64,000 nucleotides of DNA, taken from contig CAVZZO010000003.1 in assembly GCA_963779755.1 (NCBI GenBank), positions 352,001 to 416,000 of the forward strand. The letters run 5' to 3'. Positions within the stretch are counted from its first letter, which is position 1; every line of letters begins with the position of its first letter. The translations under genes were made by a program, and so were the position numbers. Shown here in pieces: positions 53,144 through 64,000 of this stretch. The stretch is from an uncultured Gemmatimonadales bacterium (GTDB lineage Bacteria; Gemmatimonadota; Gemmatimonadetes; Gemmatimonadales; GWC2-71-9). The notes below the pieces were generated by a model, which did not search any database, was not told where the DNA came from, and worked only from the letters and a program-made list of their open reading frames with translations.

Positions 53144-54136
53144 CTACGCCCGGTCCATCGGGCTCCGCACCCCCAGCCCACCCCGCTGCAGGACATGGGT
53201 ATAGATCATCGTGGTGCTGACGTCCCGATGGCCCAGCAGCTCCTGCACGGTCCGGATGTCATACCCATCCTCCAGCAGGTGGGTCGCGAAGCTGTGCCGC
53301 AGGGTGTGGCAGCTCGCCCGCTTGGTGAGGCCCGCCGCCTGGACCGCCTTGCGCATGGCGCGCTGCAGCAGACTATGGTGCACGTGGGTCCGCCCCTGCC
53401 CTCCCGTCTCCGGCTCGACCACCATGATCCTCCTCCCGGGGAAGAGATACTGCCAACGCCACTCCCGCGATGCCGCCGGGTACTTGCGCCGCAACGCGAA
53501 CGGCAGCGGCGCCACCCCCAGCCCCTCACTCAGGTCGCGCTGATGCCGCAACCGCAGCTGCGCGAGGTACTGCGTGAGTTCGTCCCGAAGGCTCATGGGC
53601 AGCATGGTACTGCGGTCCTTGGCCCCCTTGCCGCTCCGGACCATGACCTGGCTCATGGTGAAATCCAGGTCCTGCACCCGCAGCCGCAGGCACTCGGTCA
53701 GCCGCAGACCACTCCCATAGAGCAGGCTGGCCATCAGCCGGCACCGCCCCCGCAGCTGCCGCAGCACCAGCCGAACTTCCTCCCGGCTCAGCACCACCGG
53801 CAATCGATGCGGCCGCTTGGCCCACACGATCTGTTCCACCTGCGCCAGCTCCCGCCCCAGGACCTCCCGGTAAAGAAAGACCAGCGCCGAGAGCGCCTGG
53901 TTCTGGGTGCTCGCCGCCACCCGCCCCCGCAGCGCCAGGTCGGTCAGAAAGTCTCCCACCTCCCGCTCGGCCAGATCGGCCGGGTGGCGCTTGCCGTGGA
54001 AGAGGACAAAACGCCGGATCCAGTGCACGTAGGAACGCTCGGTCCGGGGGCTGTAGTGCCGGGCACGAATGGCCTGCCGGACCAGGGGCAGGAGCCGGGG
54101 ACGCGCCCGCACGGGCGGCTGCAGGGCGGAATCCAT
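53144..54136 (-). CDS. intI: Integron integrase
   Basis: [12 protein letters not shown]-terminus, [34 protein letters not shown] and the IntI-specific insertion [10 protein letters not shown]...WRWQYLFP. Confidence 0.97.
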   Translation of the reverse strand: MDSALQPPVRARPRLLPLVRQAIRARHYSPRTERSYVHWIRRFVLFHGKRHPADLAEREVGDFLTDLALRGRVAASTQNQALSALVFLYREVLGRELAQVEQIVWAKRPHRLPVVLSREEVRLVLRQLRGRCRLMASLLYGSGLRLTECLRLRVQDLDFTMSQVMVRSGKGAKDRSTMLPMSLRDELTQYLAQLRLRHQRDLSEGLGVAPLPFALRRKYPAASREWRWQYLFPGRRIMVVEPETGGQGRTHVHHSLLQRAMRKAVQAAGLTKRASCHTLRHSFATHLLEDGYDIRTVQELLGHRDVSTTMIYTHVLQRGGLGVRSPMDRA

Positions 54137-54317
54137 GCGCCAACCTATAACGAGGCAGGGCAAGCCTCGGCCTGATTGGAGCGCAGCCGGGCACGGAAAA
54201 GCGCGGGGCAGCTCGGGAGGGGGGATTCAGCGGGTCCCTGCGCCGTCTTCCCGCCTTCCCGCCTTCCCGCCTACCTTTGGATCACACCATTGCCAGGTCC
54301 CGCGCCCGGAGGTCGTC

Positions 54318-55235
54318 GTGCTCCGCTTCCACCGATTTGCTGCACTGCTCCTGGCCTCCGCCGGCATGCTGGCCGGGCCGCCTGCCTCGGCGCAAGTCGC
54401 CTCGCCCCGGGCCGCCGACTCGCTCCTGGTCTCCACCCACTGGCTGGCCGACCACCTGCACGATCCCGGTCTCATCGTCCTGGAGGCCGGCCGCAGCCGG
54501 ACCGACTACGATGCCGGGCATCTGCCGGGCGCCCGCTTCGTCCCGGTTTCCGCCTTCGTGGTTACCCGCGACAGCCTGCCCAACGAGATGCCCGCCCCCG
54601 CCGGTCTCGATTCGCTGCTGTCCGCCCTCGGCCTCAGCGCCGATTCGCGGATCGTGATCTACGGCGAGCCGCTCTGGGCCGCCCGGCTGTTTGTAACCCT
54701 GGATTATGCGGGACTCGCCGGACACGCGGCGCTCCTCAATGGCGGCCGCGAAGGGTGGACGCTCGAAGGCCACCGGCTGGAAGGTGACGTCCCGTCCTGG
54801 TCTCCCACAACGCTGCACGCCCAACCGCAGTCCGGCCTGGTGGTCGATGCCGCCTGGGTGCACCAGCACCTGCACGACGGCACCGTCGCCCTGCTCGACG
54901 CGCGCCCCGCCGACGACTACAGCGGCAAGGTGGCCGGCAACGGGGTGAACCGGCCAGGACACATACCGGGAGCCGCCAATATCTTCTGGCAGACGACCCT
55001 GGAAGGTGAGCCCCCGCTGGTCCGACCGCAGGCGACCCTTGATTCGATGTTCCACGCCGCCGGAGTCGCGCCGGGCGACACGGTCGTGACGTATTGCCGG
55101 ACCGGGGTCCAGGCGAGTTTTCTGTATTTTGTCGCCCGGTACCTGGGATACCCTACCCGGCTGTACGACGGGTCGTACATCGACTGGAGCCGGAGAAGCG
55201 ATCTGCCTGTGGAGGGGATGAAGAGTGAGAGGTGA
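54318..55235 (+). CDS. Exported tandem-domain rhodanese/sulfurtransferase
   Basis: Signal peptide, GHLPGA/GHIPGA, YCRTG active loop, LYDGSYIDW. Confidence 0.9.
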   Translation: MLRFHRFAALLLASAGMLAGPPASAQVASPRAADSLLVSTHWLADHLHDPGLIVLEAGRSRTDYDAGHLPGARFVPVSAFVVTRDSLPNEMPAPAGLDSLLSALGLSADSRIVIYGEPLWAARLFVTLDYAGLAGHAALLNGGREGWTLEGHRLEGDVPSWSPTTLHAQPQSGLVVDAAWVHQHLHDGTVALLDARPADDYSGKVAGNGVNRPGHIPGAANIFWQTTLEGEPPLVRPQATLDSMFHAAGVAPGDTVVTYCRTGVQASFLYFVARYLGYPTRLYDGSYIDWSRRSDLPVEGMKSER

Positions 55236-55340
55236 GGCGTAAGGCGTAAGAGGAAAGAGGTAAGAGGTAAGACGTGCCAAAGGAAACCGCCTTACGCCTC
55301 ACGTCTCACGCCTCACGCCTCACGTCTCACGTCTTACCTC
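55232..55340. repeat. Inverted arrays of 7-mer repeats between convergent genes (hairpin or bidirectional terminator-like)
   Basis: GTGAGGC/GTAAGAG-type units followed by complementary GCCTCAC/GTCTCAC units. Confidence 0.65.
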
Positions 55341-55344
55341 TGAA

Positions 55345-55833
55345 TCATTGCCCCCCCGACGGCGGCGCCAGGTTGCCGCAGGCGATGACGGTGTTGCGGT
55401 TCTCCGCCGACGCCAGCACCTGGACGGCGAAGTTCCCATAGGACGGAATGTCGCGGGAGAGCATCGTGGTCTGGGTCACCTTGCCCTTGTCGTCCACCTG
55501 CAGGGGCTGGTACGCCGTCGAGTCGCCCAGCATCCCGCTGGTGCTGCCGCAGCGCCCATAGTACACCCCCCAGGGATGCACGCCGCCCGGCGTGGCGTTG
55601 GCCAGGTTGATGGTCACCCTGGTCTGCTGTCTCTGGTCCGGTACGGGCGCCATCCAGGCGTTCCCGTGGATCTGGACCACCCCACTGAGATCCGATGGCG
55701 TTGCCACGTTGGCAGTCCACCGCGCGCTGAGGGGATATTCACTGGTCGTGATCTCTACTGCCTTGTTTCCGGCGCAACCCGCTGCCAGTGGAAGGGTCGC
55801 CAGCAGCAGGACGCCAACCATTCGATTTCGCAT
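55345..55833 (-). CDS. Hypothetical lipoprotein, Cu/Zn-SOD-like fold without obvious His ligands
   Basis: LAAGC lipobox, HPWGVYYGRCG and VIACGNL. Confidence 0.6.
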   Translation of the reverse strand: MRNRMVGVLLLATLPLAAGCAGNKAVEITTSEYPLSARWTANVATPSDLSGVVQIHGNAWMAPVPDQRQQTRVTINLANATPGGVHPWGVYYGRCGSTSGMLGDSTAYQPLQVDDKGKVTQTTMLSRDIPSYGNFAVQVLASAENRNTVIACGNLAPPSGGQ

Positions 55834-56105
55834 GCCTGGTCTCCTCCGCATGTTGAGAGAGTGTCGGCCTGAAGCCGAACTGGAAAAGTATTGCCTCTAA
55901 ATAAGATAGGAGCCTAGGTTGAGAAATCCCGTGAGGTGGCTCACCCCGCGGTGCGAGGCTGTCCAGGGTTGTCGCGATTGCCTGGAGAATCGCCTGCGCT
56001 CGTAAAACGGCTCCTCCGTGGCCGAGATCTGCACAAGCGTGAAGAGGGTTCGTGGTACGGCGGCCATGGTTGACGGATGAGGACCGGCGTTGCAGGTTGG
56101 ATAGC

Positions 56106-56708
56106 ATGAGTAGACCGATCGGTCTGGCCCGGGAGAGCGCCTCCCGCAAGCGGCTCCTGGAGGCCGGCCTCGAACTGTTCCTGGCGCAAGGGTATAACGA
56201 TACCGGGGTGCAGGACGTACTCCGCGCCACCGACCTCCCCAAGGGCTCGTTCTATCATCACTTCGCCAGTAAGGAGGCGTTCGGGCTTTTGGTGGTGGAC
56301 CGGTACGTGGAGGAGGTGCATGCGGAGCTCGACCGTGTCCTGGGCGATCCGTCCCGTAAGCCGCTAGCCCGGGTGCGGCATTTCTTCGAGCGGACCCGGG
56401 CCACCTACGCCTCGCAGGGCTACCGCGGTTGCCTCTTCGGCGCTCTGGGGCAGGAGCTGTCGGGAGTAAGCGAGGCGTTCCGGCGGAAGGTGGAGAGCTG
56501 CCTGGCGCGGATCGTCGAGCGGCTGGCCGGCTGCCTCGAGTTGGCACGGGAGGCCGGCGATCTTCCGCCCGGCACCGACACCCGGGGGCTCGCCGATCTG
56601 CTGGTGAACTGCTGGGAAGGAGCGGCGCTCCGCTCCCGTCTGCTCCGCAGCCCCGCCCCGCTCGAGGCCATGCTCAATTTCTGTTTCTCGGCCATCGCGA
56701 CCGACTAG
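56106..56708 (+). CDS. TetR-family regulator, NemR-like
   Basis: KGSFYHHFASKEAFG HTH, GCLFGALGQE, WEGAALR. Confidence 0.88.
   Translation: MSRPIGLARESASRKRLLEAGLELFLAQGYNDTGVQDVLRATDLPKGSFYHHFASKEAFGLLVVDRYVEEVHAELDRVLGDPSRKPLARVRHFFERTRATYASQGYRGCLFGALGQELSGVSEAFRRKVESCLARIVERLAGCLELAREAGDLPPGTDTRGLADLLVNCWEGAALRSRLLRSPAPLEAMLNFCFSAIATD
56111..56126. promoter_or_regulatory. Putative NemR-like operator 1
   Basis: TAGACCGATCGGTCTG palindrome, repeated at 57866-57881. Confidence 0.7.
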
Positions 56709-57814
56709 TGGACTGTACCAGTTGAACGTTAAGCGACGTGGATGCGGTGAGCGGGATCATCGTACTTCCACCGAATCGGTCGCGGGTCGCGGTTGTACTG
56801 CCGAATGTACTTCCTGATGCGGCGGGCGAGGTCTTTGGTGGAGGTGAAGACGCCCCGATGAATCAGATCGCGTTCGATTTTGGCGAACCAGAGCTCCACT
56901 TGATTCAACCAAGAGCTGTAGGTCGGAGTGAAGTGCAACTGCACGCGCGGATGCTCGGCCAGGAATTCCGCGACGCGTTGCGTTTTATGCACCGACAAGT
57001 TGTCGCAGATGATGTGCACCTCACGCCGCGCCGGCACGCGCGTCAGGAGATCGGCCAGAAACGCAATGAAGGCCTGGCTCGTGTGGCGCTCGGCAGTCTG
57101 GCCGATCACCAGGCCCGTCCGCGTCTCGAGGGCGGCGAACAGCGACAGCGTGCCGTGGCGGACGTATTCAAACCCATGGCGTTCCGCGCGGCCGGGCGAC
57201 AGCGGCAGCATCGGATCCTTGCGCTCGAGGGCCTGGATCGCCGTCTTCTCATCCACACAGAAAACGGCGGCATGCTGCGGCGGATGCAAGTAGAGCCCGA
57301 TCACATCCGCCGCTTTGGTCTCGAAGTCGGGATCGTTCGACGCCATATAACGCTCCATCCGGTGCGGCTGAATCCCGTGCTTCCTCCAGACCCGTGCGAC
57401 CGTCATGTGCGGCAGCTTGAGGCGCTTCGCCAGTCGCCGGGTGCTCCAATGCGTCGACCCGTCCGGCGGGGCCGTGCGCGTCGCATCGAGAATGCGTGCT
57501 TCCAGCTGGGGAGTCCGGACTCGGACGGGACGCCCCGCGTGCCGCACGTACAGCCCGGCCAGGCGCGCCTCCACAAACCGGCGCTTCCACTTACTGATGA
57601 ACGGTTCCGAGCGCCCCGTGCGTGCGGCGATGTCGCGGTAGGTCAGGCCCGCCGCCAACAGCAGCAACACACGCGCGACCATAGCATCCTGGGCGCGCCC
57701 CGTCCGACTGCGCGTCCGACGCTCCAACTCGGCGCGCTCGGCGGGGGTCAGCACGAGTGGTTGAGTTTCCATGCCCACCAATCTAACACTAAACACTTAT
57801 CTGGTACAGTCCAC
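56708..57814 (-). mobile_element. IS630-family element (transposase ORF 56729-57796)
   Basis: Perfect IRs GTGGACTGTACCAG, TA duplication at 56706-56707 and 57815-57816; DEK, DNL and SWLNQVE motifs. Confidence 0.95.
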
Positions 57815-57823
57815 TAGGGCATC

Positions 57824-57853
57824 GGCCGCCCCCCGAGGGGACGGCCCCTTTTT
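57824..57853 (+). terminator. Rho-independent terminator, originally directly after tetR
   Basis: GGCCG-CCCC/GGGG-CGGCC stem followed by a T-run. Confidence 0.6.
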
Positions 57854-57865
57854 ATTCACCACGAC

Positions 57866-57881
57866 TAGACCGATCGGTCTG
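57866..57881. promoter_or_regulatory. Putative NemR-like operator 2
   Basis: Identical 16-mer just upstream of the AGGAGG RBS of 57902. Confidence 0.7.
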
Positions 57882-57901
57882 GTCCCCACAAGGAGGTCAC
57901 C

Positions 57902-58474
57902 ATGCGGGTCCCCGTATTCGCTTCTCCGGGCAGGTGGGCCGCGGCCCTGGTTTCCCTGCTCACGGCTGTCCCCGTCACGGTGCACGCCCAGGCAGCGCGG
58001 GCCGATACCGCCGCGCTTATCGCCAGCGCCCTCCGCGCGGCCCCGGCCGGACTCGCCCGGCACGCGACAGTAGTGGACCTTCAGCAGAAGGTGCTGCGCC
58101 AGGGCGAGTCGGAGTGGATGTGCCTGCCGGACGACCCGGCCCAGCCCGGCGATGCTCCCATGTGCCTGGACCAGCCGTGGGTCAGCTTCATCGGCGCGTA
58201 TTTGGCCAAGCGGCCGCCGGCAATCTCGCGGGTCGGCTTCGGCTACATGCTCCAGGGCGACCTGCCGGTGAGCAATACCGATCCGTTCGCGACCGGTCCC
58301 ACAGAGGAGAACCAGTGGATCGATAACTCGGGGCCGCACGTCATGATTCTCCTGCCGGACCCCGCGGCACTTGCCGGGCTGCCCACCGACCCGGCGAACG
58401 GGGGCCCCTGGGTGATGTGGAAGGGCACACCCTACGCCCACATCATGGTGCCGGTCCCCCGCCGCGGCGAGTGA
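57902..58474 (+). CDS. Conserved hypothetical secreted protein
   Basis: AGGAGG RBS, signal peptide, PMCLD, YMLQGD, GPHVMI, TPYAHIMVP. Confidence 0.75.
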   Translation: MRVPVFASPGRWAAALVSLLTAVPVTVHAQAARADTAALIASALRAAPAGLARHATVVDLQQKVLRQGESEWMCLPDDPAQPGDAPMCLDQPWVSFIGAYLAKRPPAISRVGFGYMLQGDLPVSNTDPFATGPTEENQWIDNSGPHVMILLPDPAALAGLPTDPANGGPWVMWKGTPYAHIMVPVPRRGE

Positions 58475-58655
58475 AGGCACGAAAGCAAGCGAGGGACTCG
58501 GACCCCCAGCGCCGAGTCCCTCGTGAGAAGTGCAGCCGTTACAGCAGGGGGGCTCGAACCGGCAGGTCCGAGCCCCGCAGCAGGAATGAACTGACCATAG
58601 CAGGGGTGGGACTCGAACCGCAGGTCCGAGTCCCCCGTGGGAATCCGAATGACCA

Positions 58656-58729
58656 TAGCAGGGGTGGGACTCGAACCCACGACCCCGGCATTATGAGTGC
58701 CGTGCTCTAACCACCTGAGCTACCCTGCC
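58656..58729 (-). tRNA. tRNA with CAT anticodon, most likely elongator tRNA-Met
   Basis: GGCAGGGTAGCTCAGGTGGTTAGAGCACGGCACTCATAATGCCGGGGTCGTGGGTTCGAGTCCCACCCCTGCTA cloverleaf; CCA not encoded; Ile2 not excluded. Confidence 0.92.
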
Positions 58730-58816
58730 ACAAACAGGGACCAGGAAACAGGGACCCTTCCCTGTTCCCTTTCCCCGTATTTTCGGCCCAATCCTACCCC
58801 GTTCGCCGAGGAACGG

Positions 58817-60402
<1,586 letters not shown>

Positions 60403-60581
60403 TCAGAGAATCGGATGTAATCCGCAGAGTACGCAGATTACGCAGATGTGTTCGTTCGGCATCCCAACGCACACCCGTTGGCTCCTGCCTGCTGCCTTAG
60501 ACCGTCATCGAGCGTGCCAGAGGCACTCCGTACTTCCGTGCCTTCGTGTCGCGGTTCAGGATTCGGAGAACGGGCACGAAC

Positions 60582-61313
60582 CTAGTCGCCTGCCGGAACC
60601 CCGTCAACGCGCTCGGCGAACGTCTTCAGCACCGCATGACACCGCTCTGCCAGCGCTTCACGGTCGTCGTAGTCCAGGCCGCCGGTTTCGATCGGCGCGC
60701 CGAAGAAGACGTCGATCGGCCGGCGGCGGATCCGCAGCGAGCCCGGCGGCAGGACCTGATAGGTCCCCGCGATGAAGACCGGCACCACGGGTACGCCCGC
60801 CGCGATCGCCAGGACGAACGGCCCCTTCTTGAGCGCATGCAGCTTGCCGTCGCGGCTCCGCGTCCCCTCGCCGAAGACGATCGCCGAGGTGCCGGCCTGC
60901 AGCCGCCCGGCTGCCGCATCGTAGGCTTCGAACGCCTTCTGCAGTTTCTGCCGGTCGATGGGAATGTGGCCCGCCGAGGCCATGGCCCAGCCGAAGACCG
61001 GAACCTTGAGCAGCTCGCGCTTCGCCAGAAACCGGACGTTGACCGGCAGCACCGCGACCAGCACCCAGATATCCACGAACGAGACATGGTTGGACACGAA
61101 GACGCAGGGCCGGCCGGGCACCTGTTCCATCCCGTGAGTGCGCACCCGCAGGCCGTGCGCCGCCAGCAGCTGGCTGCCCCACCAGTGCGCTACCTTGCCG
61201 TAGATGCCGTCGGGCTTCTGCCGGATGCCGAACAGCGAGGCCACGATGGCCCAGCCGCCGTAGAGCACGGTGAGCGCCGCCAGGCTCAGGCTGTACCAGA
61301 GTGCGCCGATCAT
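60582..61313 (-). CDS. plsC: 1-acyl-sn-glycerol-3-phosphate acyltransferase
   Basis: NHVSFVD and EGTRS motifs. Confidence 0.9.
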   Translation of the reverse strand: MIGALWYSLSLAALTVLYGGWAIVASLFGIRQKPDGIYGKVAHWWGSQLLAAHGLRVRTHGMEQVPGRPCVFVSNHVSFVDIWVLVAVLPVNVRFLAKRELLKVPVFGWAMASAGHIPIDRQKLQKAFEAYDAAAGRLQAGTSAIVFGEGTRSRDGKLHALKKGPFVLAIAAGVPVVPVFIAGTYQVLPPGSLRIRRRPIDVFFGAPIETGGLDYDDREALAERCHAVLKTFAERVDGVPAGD

Positions 61314-62302
61314 CGGAAGTGATCGTAGCCGGTGAGCTGCACCGGCGCCCCCTCGCGCAGAAAGAGCGCTCCCGTCCCCGCCTCCACCCGGCCGATCCGG
61401 GTGAGGGCCATGCCGCAGTCGGCGGCGAACCTCGCCGCCTCCGCCTCGTCGAATCCGGCAGGCATCGCCGCCAGCAGCTCATAGTCCTCGCCGCCGCCGG
61501 CGGCGAATTCCTCGGCGGCGATACCCTGCCAGTCCGCCTCACCGGCGCAGGCCGGATCCGCCGGGACCCGCTCCAGGTTGATGACCAGCCGCGCGGCCGA
61601 CGCCGCGGCGAGATGGCCGGCATCGCCCGCCAGGCCGTCGCTCAGGTCGAGCATGGCGTGGGCCCCGTGCCCCGCCAGCCAGCGGCCGGCGGCGATGCGT
61701 GGCACCGGCCGCGCGAACCGCTCCCGCGCGTCCTCGTCCGGATCGCGGCCCGCCAGCCAGGCGGAGAGCGCCGCCCGTGCGCCACCCAGCTGCCCCGTCA
61801 CCCAGATGCCGTCGCCCGGCGCGGCACCGGTGCGGGTCACCGGCCGCTCCGCCCTTCCCAGGACGGTGACATCGATCGCCCAGGCCGGCCCGCGGGAGAG
61901 GTCGCCGCCCCGGATGGTCGTGCCGGCTTCGCGCGCCATCGCGCCCGCGCCCCGCATCAGGGCCACCAGGTCCTGGGCGGCGGCATCCAGCGGCGTTGCC
62001 ACCGCGCACAATACTGCGAGCGGCAGCGCGCCCTCGGCGGCCAGGTCGGAGAGGGCGGATGCCACCGCCCGCCACCCGATCTCCTCCAGGCTCAGCCACT
62101 CGCACCGGAAGTGCACGCCCTCCACGGAAAGATCGCAACTCAGCGCCAGGATCCCCCGCTCCACTTCGATCAGCGCGCAGTCGTCGCCGATCCCGCTATC
62201 TCCCAGCACACCCACGATGTCCCGGATGCGATCGAACTCTATGCCCGGGCCCAGGGCAATCGTCCGGCCGTCCTGCCGTCTTGCCGTCTCCCCGCCCTTC
62301 AC
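61310..62302 (-). CDS. thiL: Thiamine-monophosphate kinase
   Basis: GIGDDCA, EGVHF, LSDLAAEGA, GGD, DLSDGL, GGEDYEL. Confidence 0.93.
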   Translation of the reverse strand: MKGGETARRQDGRTIALGPGIEFDRIRDIVGVLGDSGIGDDCALIEVERGILALSCDLSVEGVHFRCEWLSLEEIGWRAVASALSDLAAEGALPLAVLCAVATPLDAAAQDLVALMRGAGAMAREAGTTIRGGDLSRGPAWAIDVTVLGRAERPVTRTGAAPGDGIWVTGQLGGARAALSAWLAGRDPDEDARERFARPVPRIAAGRWLAGHGAHAMLDLSDGLAGDAGHLAAASAARLVINLERVPADPACAGEADWQGIAAEEFAAGGGEDYELLAAMPAGFDEAEAARFAADCGMALTRIGRVEAGTGALFLREGAPVQLTGYDHFR

Positions 62303-63870
62303 GGCTCCACCGCATCCCGCCGGAATCGGGTCAGCCCCTGATCGGTGGCGATCCAGAGGAAATCACCGTCCACCGCCACGTCCTGCACCAGGCCGGGATA
62401 GTCGGTGCCGCCCAGCAGCGGCCGGATGGGCGGCGAGTCGAGGCGCACGAACGCCACTGCCTGCTGCCCCGCCACCCAGAAGCCCCGCGGACCCAGCGTC
62501 ATGCGCTTGAGCGGGCCCAGCACGGTGGAGAGCGGGGGGCCCAGCGTCCATACGCTGTCGCCCGGGGCGCGCCAGAGGAGCTGGTTCTCGGTGAGCGCCA
62601 CCAGGGTGTCCGCGTCCCAGGCGAGGCCGATCACCGGATCGCGCAAGCTGGGCCGCGCGGCACCGGCCGGCAGGCGCAGCTGGTCCTTGCCGGGAAGGCC
62701 GGCATAGACGCCGTGCGGCGTCCCCACCCAGAGCGTATCGAGGCCCGAAGACCAGAGGAGCGCAAACGCGGCATCCACGAAGCTGGTCGCGATCGGGGCC
62801 GCCCGGTTGCTGTCGTCCAGGACAACGATGCCGTGCGCGGTCCCCGCCGCCAGCCTGCCGCGGGAGACCGTCACCGAGAAGACCCGGCTGTCGGGCAGGC
62901 CGCGGCCCTGGTCGTAGAGGGTAACGTCGCCGCTCTGCGATTCGACCCGCGCCAGCCCCGCATTGGTGGCGGCCCAGAGGTCCTGGCCCCGGGTGGCCAT
63001 TTCCCGCACCTGGGTGAACGGCAGGCCGGTCGCCGGGGGGCCCTGGATCCAGTCGAAACGATCGAGTTCGCGGGTCGCCAGCGTAAGCGCGGGATTGTCG
63101 CGCGCCGTCCCGTCGGTCGCGACCCAGATGCCGTCCGGCGCCTCCAGCAGCGCTCCCGCCACCTGGCCCGGCAACCCGAAGGTCAGCCGCTCCGGCACCG
63201 CCGCGCCATCCGGCAGGTAGAGCAGTCCCACGCCGTAGGTACCCAGATACCAACCCAGCCCGGTGAAGCCGCGGGCCGCCGAGGTGTAGCGGGCCATGCG
63301 CAGGCGCTGATCCATGAGGATGCCCGCGCTATTGGCCTGCAGCACCGGATTCGCCTGGATGGCCTGCTGCACCGACGTTGGCGTGAGCGCCCGCCTGGGC
63401 GGGGCGGCCGGCACTGCGATCCCACCGCCGCGTGGCACGGTCATCCAGCCGTCGGCGGTGCGCAGGAAAAGCCCCTGGTAGGGTGCATCCAGGTCGAACG
63501 CGATGCCCTGCACCGCGCTGGAGACCGTGCCCGATTGCCAGAGTTGGATCCCGGGATCGAAGTGCACCCAACCCTCGAGACGGCCCAGCCAGAGGGTGTT
63601 GTCCAGCGGGTCCACCAGGGCGGTGAATACGCGGCCCAGCAGCCCCGGCTGGTCGGGAAGGTAGGGGCCTTCCCACTGCCGGAACTGCGGCTTCCAGATG
63701 AGGAGCTGGCTGGTGGTGGTGGCGTAGACCCGCTCGTTGCCGGCAGCGACCGAGGTGATATGGGTGAAGTCGCCGATCACTACCCGGTCGCGGGGCGACC
63801 AGTCGCGGAGCTGGGCGGTGAGCGGGGCGGCCAGCAGGAGCCCGGCGGCGACGAGGAGGGTGAGGCGCAT
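62299..63870 (-). CDS. Secreted beta-propeller-like hypothetical protein
   Basis: Signal peptide, repeated WxAT/WVGT strands, GLPDSRV. Confidence 0.7.
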   Translation of the reverse strand: MRLTLLVAAGLLLAAPLTAQLRDWSPRDRVVIGDFTHITSVAAGNERVYATTTSQLLIWKPQFRQWEGPYLPDQPGLLGRVFTALVDPLDNTLWLGRLEGWVHFDPGIQLWQSGTVSSAVQGIAFDLDAPYQGLFLRTADGWMTVPRGGGIAVPAAPPRRALTPTSVQQAIQANPVLQANSAGILMDQRLRMARYTSAARGFTGLGWYLGTYGVGLLYLPDGAAVPERLTFGLPGQVAGALLEAPDGIWVATDGTARDNPALTLATRELDRFDWIQGPPATGLPFTQVREMATRGQDLWAATNAGLARVESQSGDVTLYDQGRGLPDSRVFSVTVSRGRLAAGTAHGIVVLDDSNRAAPIATSFVDAAFALLWSSGLDTLWVGTPHGVYAGLPGKDQLRLPAGAARPSLRDPVIGLAWDADTLVALTENQLLWRAPGDSVWTLGPPLSTVLGPLKRMTLGPRGFWVAGQQAVAFVRLDSPPIRPLLGGTDYPGLVQDVAVDGDFLWIATDQGLTRFRRDAVEP

Positions 63871-63900
63871 TGCGGAAATATAGGGGCGGGCGGGAAGTAA

Positions 63901-63983
63901 GGGCGACGCATGCGTCGCCCCCGGCATGCGTCGCCCCCGCATGCGTCGCCCCGGCGTGCGTCGCCCCGGCGTGCGTCGCCCCC
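63901..63983. repeat. Short palindromic REP-like repeat cluster
   Basis: GGGCGACGCATGCGTCGCCC followed by repeated TGCGTCGCCCC half-units. Confidence 0.7.
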
Positions 63984-64000
63984 TACTCCGCCGGCTGCTC

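Noticed and set aside
52880..54175. 431-aa plus-strand ORF opposite intI, and similar long antisense ORFs opposite eno, DUF853, IS630 and IS110
   Set aside because: Shadow ORFs typical of high-GC coding sequence.

Overview
GC-rich bacterial chromosome segment (gene content suggests Gemmatimonadota; this is an inference). It is dominated by a ~43-kb sedentary integron: intI at 53144-54136 (-), attI crossover near 52768/52769, and about 62 closely related attC sites running left to ~10.0 kb. The integrase is co-oriented with the cassettes and lies upstream of them rather than being divergent. The array holds many toxin-antitoxin cassettes, several duplicated small-protein cassettes, and about 28 ORF-less cassettes in six related families concentrated near attI. 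The most striking feature is a composite IS110-family element found three times (14171-16788, 22447-25040, 28922-31506). Each copy splits an attC at the same position with a CT dinucleotide on both sides. Each carries, between a conserved 22-nt end and a ~490-nt non-coding region, an Rhs-type toxin tip plus immunity gene, and this pair differs between copy 1 and copies 2/3. The conserved end itself encodes the Rhs motif M-Y-A-D-P-F-G in frame with the toxin. A homolog of one immunity gene also occurs as a stand-alone cassette (40756-41010). Flanks are ordinary: BlaR1/HEAT genes, a YHYH protein, a DUF853 ATPase and aqpZ on the left; rhodanese, NemR-like TetR, IS630, tRNA-Met, ftsB, eno, plsC and thiL on the right. 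Many single-base indels in repeated copies (29-52 kb) may be sequencing or assembly error. Family names are from visual motif recognition, not database searches.
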